Shown: one piece after another, positions 7,688 to 13,188 of the stretch | Layout of the letters: the number at the start of each line of letters is the position of its first letter | Position numbering within the stretch: the stretch's first letter is position 1 | Source of the DNA: Candidatus Baldrarchaeum yapensis | GTDB lineage: Archaea; Asgardarchaeota; Baldrarchaeia; Baldrarchaeales; Baldrarchaeaceae | Direction: 5' to 3' | NCBI GenBank assembly: GCA_016840465.1 | Contig: JAEOSH010000055.1 | Span: 1-13,188 of the forward strand | DNA: 13,188 nt | Made by a program: the position numbers and the translations under genes | The notes under the pieces: generated by a model | The model's input: only the letters and a program-made list of their open reading frames with translations | Databases searched by the model: none | Told to the model about the DNA's origin: nothing

Positions 7688-8167
7688 CATCGGAGTGTTT
7701 TACGCGTTTTACAATAAGAGGGGCGTCCACCATTTGGATTCCATTTGCATAATAGTTCACGCACTCGAGGGTAGATGAGGGCGGGTTCTGATACAGATCT
7801 GATAGTGTCGGAAGCCTTCACTCTACTCAGGCGCAGGATAGGGATTGATGCCACGAGAGCAGTTTTGAAAGCATTGGAGAAGAGTGGATGGACGTAGTTT
7901 TCATGGATTCTCGGTATTACGAGGAGAAAGTCAAGTTGATAGACAAGTACAGAGACGTGAAGCTAAGTTTTGCAGATTCCTTTACGGTGGTGTTAAGGGA
8001 TCGGGAAAAGAACATTTGGCGACTTATGACGAGAGTACTTTTCTCCCATTTGGAGTTTGTATTATAGGGCGGGGTATGCTTCTACATTAAGTTCCAATGA
8101 GCGTGAGAAGATAAGGAGGTGGACGGAGAAGTATTATCGTGGGTTGGGGGAATCCGGTGGTTGTTGA
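7671..8167 (+). pseudogene. vapC: PIN-domain (VapC) toxin pseudogene with one nonsense codon and several frameshifts
   Basis: GTG 7671: MAILIDIGVFYAFYNKRGVHHLDSICIIVHALEGR*GRV / TDLIVSEAFTLLRRRIG...EKSG / DVVFMDSRYYEEKVKLIDKYRDVKLSFADSFTVVL / LATYDESTFLPFGV / YASTLSSNEREKIRRW... The PIN motifs ILID, VSE, LSFAD and TYD are all recognisable. TGA is at 7776-7778. Confidence 0.82.
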
Positions 8168-8179
8168 GGTGTTGTGACG

Positions 8180-8338
8180 GCTCATGTAGAACAGTAATGG
8201 CTATTCACATAGAGACGAGGATCCGTTCTGACATTTCGCTACTTTTGTTGCATTGATGTGCGTAGTGGAGGAGTTGGCCTATCTTTCCCCTCGAGTTAAG
8301 CCCACTACCCGTTAGACTTCAAAGTAGTAGGAGTTCAC
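8180..8338 (+). mobile_element. Probable IS200/IS605 right-end remnant (degenerate tnpB tail plus subterminal hairpin)
   Basis: The degenerate translation RLM*NSNGYSHRDE..SVL(N)IS resembles the tnpB C-terminal HRDxNAAxNI. It is followed by AAGCCCACTAC...GTAGTAGGAGTTCAC, which resembles the AAGCCC-stem-AGGAGTTCA(C) right ends I recall for this family. Confidence 0.4.
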
Positions 8339-8355
8339 GGTTTTCCGGTCTCATT

Positions 8356-8793
8356 TTAGCATTTCTTTCCCAATTCTCCTATGAAGATGACATTCTTCTC
8401 CTTTCTTTTGATCGCGTTGCATAGTTTCTCATCTGCGGTTATTAGGGGGGCATTTATTTTTCTTGTGCAGATTATGTAAATAGCGTCATACACCGTCACG
8501 GGGTTTTCAGTTGCGTATCTCAGGGCTTCTTCTAGGATTTTCCAGTCCACGTTTATTGTTCGGATGTCGATTTCCTTTAGTGTGTCCAGGGACTCGAGAG
8601 CGATCTTCTGGTCGATAATTTTCCTGAGTGTGTATTTCCGGAGGGCACTTGCCACTTCCAACCTGAAGAGGTCGGGTGCGTAGAGTTCGAGCGTACCGTT
8701 TTTGTACCTTTCTAGAATTTCGAAAGCAATATCGCTGTAGTCTTCGGGTATGAACCACTTTACGACTACCGATGCATCGACTACGGCTTTCAT
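8356..8793 (-). CDS. vapC: PIN-domain ribonuclease toxin VapC (intact)
   Basis: VVDASVVVKW, LEVASAL, VTVYDAIY and LITADEKL retain all four acidic PIN positions. It has an ATGA overlap with the upstream antitoxin. Confidence 0.93.
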   Translation of the reverse strand: MKAVVDASVVVKWFIPEDYSDIAFEILERYKNGTLELYAPDLFRLEVASALRKYTLRKIIDQKIALESLDTLKEIDIRTINVDWKILEEALRYATENPVTVYDAIYIICTRKINAPLITADEKLCNAIKRKEKNVIFIGELGKKC

Positions 8794-9014
8794 CTACCCT
8801 CCCTATCTTCCCTTATTAATTGCGCGGCCAAATTCCCCTGCACTCTTCCTACTCTCTCCCTAATTTCCTTTATTTTTTCGATGGCCCTCTTGATTTTCTC
8901 CCTCCTCACGCGCTCCTCTAAAAACTTTCTTATCTCCTCTGAGTAGTTTATTCCTAGTCTTTCCATCTCCTCCTTGAGCCAAGCCGGAACCCTCACTCCT
9001 ATTACTACGCTCAT
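8790..9014 (-). CDS. vapB: VapB antitoxin, ribbon-helix-helix (CopG-like). Start ATG 9014; alternative start 9026.
   Basis: SVVIGVRVPAWLKEEMERLGINYSEEIRKFLEERV fits a beta-strand plus two helices. It ends in the antitoxin-type tail AAQLIREDRE, has a 4-bp ATGA overlap with vapC, and has a GGTG SD at 9021-9024. Confidence 0.88.
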   Translation of the reverse strand: MSVVIGVRVPAWLKEEMERLGINYSEEIRKFLEERVRREKIKRAIEKIKEIRERVGRVQGNLAAQLIREDREGR

Positions 9015-9026
9015 CGCTAACACCAT

Positions 9027-9054
9027 ATGTTAATGTTATATGTTAACATTTAAA
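9027..9054 (-). promoter_or_regulatory. TATA box and operator of the intact vapBC operon
   Basis: TTTAAA at 9049-9054, about 25 nt before 9026. AATGTTA-TATGT-TAACATT inverted repeat at 9032-9050. Three ATGTTA copies at 9027, 9033 and 9040. Confidence 0.6.
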
Positions 9055-9374
9055 TCCACGGATGAAGTTCACGAGCATTAATTTTGTTTAACATAAACAC
9101 TCATTGCTAGGGCATTGGCACGAGGCATCAGTCGCTGGTCTGAGCGTCACTGCCTATCTTCCCCCTGCGTCCCCGCTTTTTGCCTATAACCTCGGTGCCA
9201 ACTTCTTCGCTACAGTAAGGTTGTGCCGTTGCTTAGGTGTATAGTTTTGTCCGCCCCTATAGAGCTTTACCTGCACAGTTTGCAAGATTACGAAACACCT
9301 TTCACAGAAACTTTTAAATAACTCTAGACCGACATAATGACGCACAGGATCCATCGCATAGGGGAGTTTAAATC

Positions 9375-12300
9375 TTGAACCGATGGAAGATTTTCGGTCT
9401 AGTATATTTGATATTGACTTTAAGTTTGGCGACATTTGTGGGAAACGAAGTTAACAGTTTTCTAAACATACAGTTTCACCCCAAGGATCTACCTGAGATT
9501 CCCCAATTTCAAGTCAGTTTGCATGATAGACCTCTCCCGATTGTTGGTAATATCTCCGCCATAGTTGTCCCGGAAAACTCCACAAGTGACGATCTCTACA
9601 ATAGATCTATTACAACCCTGCTTGAAGTCCTAGAAAGTAGAACTGGAAACAAGCCTAAAATCTTAGAGCCGGACTCTCCTATACCTGATGGTAGAATTAT
9701 AGCTATCGGTTCACACGAAAGGAATCCATTTGTCCCAAATAATATTGATTTGCCCAGTGACTTCGATTATGATTCCTTTGCTTTAAGAACATACACCAGC
9801 GGAAATAAAGAAATTTTAGCTATTATCGGTGGAAGTAAGCTGGGAGATGCTTACGGTATTTACTGGCTTGCTGATGAAATTTTAACAGGGACCTCATTAG
9901 GCGGTAAAGACATTTTTTCCCAGAATGTTACATTAATTCCCAAGATAAAACTCAGACTTGTAGATTTGGGCGGAGTCGGAATAGTTCCCAACCCGGAGGA
10001 GTGGGGAAACGACTATTCTTTGAGCAGTAGAAGATTTGAAGACGTAATTTTAGAGGATCCTCCCTACATAAACGAAACTGCCTTTGAAAGAGTGAAAGAG
10101 GAGTTTAAAGAATACGTTCATCGAATGATCGCTTACGGTTATAATGGTATTGTAATGGGCGGATTTCTGGAGTACGTAAACTTCGATCTAGTCGGAAATG
10201 GTTACGAAATATATGGCCCCGACAGTGTTTATAGGGAGAGACATTTAATTCTCCGTGAAAAGTTCGGAGAACTTTTTAAATACGCACATGACATGGGTTT
10301 AAAGGTCATTTTAAGTACCGACATGGTTGCTTTAACCGGACCCTTAGAAGGATACTTCATAAGGAAATTTGGAAAAATCGACGTCTCTAGAGACGAGTTC
10401 TGGGAAGTTTATAGGAAAGGTATGGAAGAACTCTTCACGGTTCTCCCTTATGTTGACGGTTTAATGATAAGAATAGGAGAAGCGGGTGGAGCCTATAATG
10501 TCCCTGGATGGGACTACAGAAGCGAACTGTACGTAAAAACAGTTGATTCCACTAAGAAAATGTTACGATCATTTCTTCCAGTATTCGAAGAGTTTAACAA
10601 AATTCTAATCTTTAGAACTTGGACGGTAGGTGTTGGGGAGATCGGAGACCTGCACACAAATCCTGAAACCTACGAGGAGGTTTTAGGAGACATATACTCT
10701 CCAAACTTGATAGTCTCAACAAAGTATTGCATGGGCGACTTTTACAGTTATCTTCCTTTTAACCCAACTTTCGAGGTAGGAAACCACTCAAGAATGATCG
10801 AATTCCAAGCAAGAAGAGAATTTGAGGGGTTCTGTGCGTTTCCAAACTATTTAGGGCCACTCCACCAACAAGCTATCAAGTATGCCATCGAAAACAGCAA
10901 TGTCACGGCTGTATGGGTTTGGACGCAGGGCGGTGGCCCTCTCCGAGCAAGTCCAATGACTTTATACCCCTTTTACGGCTTCTGGTTATACATCGACCTC
11001 AACGTTTACGTAACAGCCAAACTTGCATGGGATCCCAATCTAGATTTAGTTGCGATAACGGAAGGCTGGGTTTCTAAAATTTTCGGGAATAATCCTGTCG
11101 TAGTTTACAACATCACACGCATGCTTCTAATTTCTAGGGAAGCCATTTTGAAGGGACTTTACATAAGCGAATTTGCCAGAAAATATGTTAAAGCCTTCGG
11201 GCTTGAACCTCCACCCATGCTGTGGATCTTCGAATGGGATCGTGTATGTGGCTCTTCAGTAACATTAAGCGGAATATATGAGGTATGTAAAAACAATCTC
11301 GAAGAAGCAATAAAAGAAGGTTTTTACGCACTCGAAGTTGTTAAAACAATGAAATCCCTAGCATCAAACCTTGGAGATTTGATAGAAGAACGAGGATTAA
11401 GATGGTACGAGTATATGCTGGAATCCCTAGACTACGAGGAGAGTATTCTAAAAACTCTTGCGTGGTATCGAAAATTCTTCTTGAAATACTATCAGTGGAT
11501 TGAAACCGGAAAAATTGATATCTACAAAGAATGGGTTGACGCTTTAGAGAAATTCAAACTCTACAAACAAGAACATTTAAACACCTACGGCAAAAACCTA
11601 GACTTCCCGGCATATAACTTCAAAGAAGCAGACGCATTTATTTCAAGAGCCGAGAAAACTGTTCTCACGTTTTGGATCGGAAGAGTACTCTTTGCTTTTC
11701 TAATATGCTTATTCATTCTAGGAGCACCCTTTGTCCAGAGACGATTATCGATAAGTCCAACCAAGAACTGTACCAAAGCTATTTGGTTCGGCACCTTTTC
11801 CCCGTGGAATCTAAAACAAATTGAAAAGCCGGCACTAAGAGATATAGGATTCTTAAGCCTCTTAACTTATGTTTCAATTATAGGCGGATTTGCAACATTC
11901 ACATTTTTCTCAGCAATCCATCTAACTTACGGAATAACAGCACTACTAACCTCGTATTTAATAGTTCTAATATTTGCATTTGCATACAAGAAAACATGGA
12001 CTAACATGCTCTACCTGTTTGCAACACTATCACCACTAATAGCCCTAACAACAGTAGTAGCAGGAATCTGTAGCATAAGAGGTCCATTCCTATTCTGGTA
12101 CTACTTCTGGGCACAGCCAACCTTTAGATTAATCCTCATAGAACTAATAGTAACCTCCATAGCATGGTCCATCTTCGGAATCATCACAACAGCAAAAACT
12201 ATATTGAAAATGAGATTAACCTCCGTCTTCGGAAGACTCTTCCTACTATTTGGAATCATCCTTTCAATAATTGGAGGATCAACAGGAGTCATAACGCTTG

Positions 12301-12542
12301 AAAGAACTCTTTCCATAGTAAACGAAGAACTCGTAATGCTCCCGTTTGCGTTATCCGATATTCTCGGAATAACCACACATCTAAACATAGATCCAGACAT
12401 TCCATGGTACCTACTTGAAATTGGAATAATAGCAATAGTAATCGGAATAATTACACATGTCTTTGACACTTTCTGGCATAACAAAAATTTCGCCAGAAAA
12501 GATCCATCCTTTAAATTCCAAAATATACAAATACAAGGTTAA
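9375..12542 (+). CDS. GH67 alpha-glucuronidase-like glycoside hydrolase with an N-terminal signal/anchor and a C-terminal multi-pass membrane domain
   Basis: N-terminal hydrophobic helix, a GH20/GH67-type N-domain (SFALRT...ILAIIGGSKLGDAYGIYWL), and a TIM-barrel core (GYNGIV, DGLMIRIGEAG, LIFRTW). The segment STKYCMGDFYSYLPFNPTF...MIEFQARREFEG parallels GH67 KNGPIDFQPREPFSPLF...EFQITQEYLG as recalled from memory. About 7 hydrophobic segments follow from around residue 765. TTG start with GGGGAG upstream. Confidence 0.7.
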   Translation: MNRWKIFGLVYLILTLSLATFVGNEVNSFLNIQFHPKDLPEIPQFQVSLHDRPLPIVGNISAIVVPENSTSDDLYNRSITTLLEVLESRTGNKPKILEPDSPIPDGRIIAIGSHERNPFVPNNIDLPSDFDYDSFALRTYTSGNKEILAIIGGSKLGDAYGIYWLADEILTGTSLGGKDIFSQNVTLIPKIKLRLVDLGGVGIVPNPEEWGNDYSLSSRRFEDVILEDPPYINETAFERVKEEFKEYVHRMIAYGYNGIVMGGFLEYVNFDLVGNGYEIYGPDSVYRERHLILREKFGELFKYAHDMGLKVILSTDMVALTGPLEGYFIRKFGKIDVSRDEFWEVYRKGMEELFTVLPYVDGLMIRIGEAGGAYNVPGWDYRSELYVKTVDSTKKMLRSFLPVFEEFNKILIFRTWTVGVGEIGDLHTNPETYEEVLGDIYSPNLIVSTKYCMGDFYSYLPFNPTFEVGNHSRMIEFQARREFEGFCAFPNYLGPLHQQAIKYAIENSNVTAVWVWTQGGGPLRASPMTLYPFYGFWLYIDLNVYVTAKLAWDPNLDLVAITEGWVSKIFGNNPVVVYNITRMLLISREAILKGLYISEFARKYVKAFGLEPPPMLWIFEWDRVCGSSVTLSGIYEVCKNNLEEAIKEGFYALEVVKTMKSLASNLGDLIEERGLRWYEYMLESLDYEESILKTLAWYRKFFLKYYQWIETGKIDIYKEWVDALEKFKLYKQEHLNTYGKNLDFPAYNFKEADAFISRAEKTVLTFWIGRVLFAFLICLFILGAPFVQRRLSISPTKNCTKAIWFGTFSPWNLKQIEKPALRDIGFLSLLTYVSIIGGFATFTFFSAIHLTYGITALLTSYLIVLIFAFAYKKTWTNMLYLFATLSPLIALTTVVAGICSIRGPFLFWYYFWAQPTFRLILIELIVTSIAWSIFGIITTAKTILKMRLTSVFGRLFLLFGIILSIIGGSTGVITLERTLSIVNEELVMLPFALSDILGITTHLNIDPDIPWYLLEIGIIAIVIGIITHVFDTFWHNKNFARKDPSFKFQNIQIQG

Positions 12543-13013
12543 TGTTGCTAAAGATCATAGTTGCAACTACATCCGAAATTTTTCATTTCTCTTCTCTAAA
12601 GGCTATCTTTGTTATTAAAAAGTCATGGCCAAAATCGAAGACTTCAAGAAACTTGAAAACGCAGTCAATGCGATTTTATGGGAGCTGTTGAGAAAAGTTC
12701 TCGAAACGTATACAGGATCACTATCATCAAAGATAATTTTCCAAGGCGCATCATGCGAAAACCAAAGGGAGCATTATTCATAGTTCGGCATCCTGTGAGA
12801 CGTGCTTAAAGCAGATGCGAAAAAGTTTAATGGCAAAAAGGCAATGCTTGAGAAATGAACAAGGTCCGATAAGGAAGCATGCCGATTTTCGAGAAGCTTA
12901 GAGTGCAATATCGCTTTCTGCAGGTGCTTGAGGTTCTGGTGATGAAGCTTAGGTTTATGCTCGCTGATATGCGGTTCGCCGGGCACATGGTGATAAGAAC
13001 ATAAAAAATATAT

Positions 13014-13187
13014 CTATCTCTTGAAAGTTTGGGAACTACTACATTTTCTGGTTTGATGACCAGTTGGCCTTTGGGTTGTTTCGTTTTGCCTATTTTGGAG
13101 GAGTTTGAGGTCGTCTCTTAGTGGGACTCCGGAGGTTACGGCTTCTGTAGCCAGGGGGTTTCTTCTGGATAGCAGTTTTTGGAACTC
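13014..13187 (-). pseudogene. 3' part of a minimal nucleotidyltransferase (MNT/MntA-like) gene, cut by the window edge and probably frameshifted
   Basis: EFQKLLSRRNPLATEAVTSGVPLRDDLKLLQ matches the archaeal MNT C-terminal pattern EF.K.L...NPL..EA...G..L.DD. A plausible tail (KGQLVIKPENVVVPKL) lies in another frame. Confidence 0.5.
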
Positions 13188-13188
13188 T

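Noticed and set aside
4348-7778. TGA recoding (Sec, Trp or Gly) suggested by in-frame TGAs at 4348 and 7776
   Set aside because: The intact ligase and vapB end in TGA, and vapB has an ATGA overlap. Both interrupted genes also carry frameshifts, and neither position looks like a Cys site.
7455-7778. 107-aa ORF as a genuine antitoxin-toxin fusion protein
   Set aside because: It arises from a 1-nt loss near 7578 that runs the antitoxin frame into the toxin frame. The native antitoxin tail is visible in another frame.
12890-12940. Cys cluster CNIAFCRC as a radical-SAM motif
   Set aside because: The spacing does not match CxxxCxxC, and the frame is bounded by stops.
1-13188. CRISPR array, tRNA or rRNA genes
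   Set aside because: No regularly spaced repeats, cloverleaf or rRNA-like conserved sequence was seen on either strand by eye.

Overview
Archaeal-looking chromosomal window, judged from GGTGA/GGAGG ribosome-binding sites, TTTAAA/TTTATAA TATA boxes, and RHH-PIN and nucleotidyltransferase-type toxin-antitoxin (TA) genes. The lineage cannot be fixed from sequence alone. There are four long intact genes: a membrane-anchored alpha/beta-hydrolase with a polytopic C-terminus (42-1568, +), an MFS transporter (2833-4059, -), an AMP-forming acyl-CoA ligase (5505-7259, +), and a 1055-aa GH67 alpha-glucuronidase-like ectoenzyme fused to a multi-TM domain (9375-12542, +). One vapBC pair is intact (8356-9014, -). 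The gaps between these genes hold decayed accessory DNA: a frameshifted tnpB, a retropepsin-like pseudogene, a dead second vapBC pair, a probable IS200/IS605 right-end remnant and a nucleotidyltransferase fragment at the right edge. The most notable observations are the GH67-like/polytopic fusion, which keeps the putative catalytic carboxylates, and an identical AATGTTA-N5-TAACATT palindrome at the promoters of both vapBC operons. No CRISPR array, tRNA or rRNA was seen. All family assignments come from motif recognition by eye, with no database searches.
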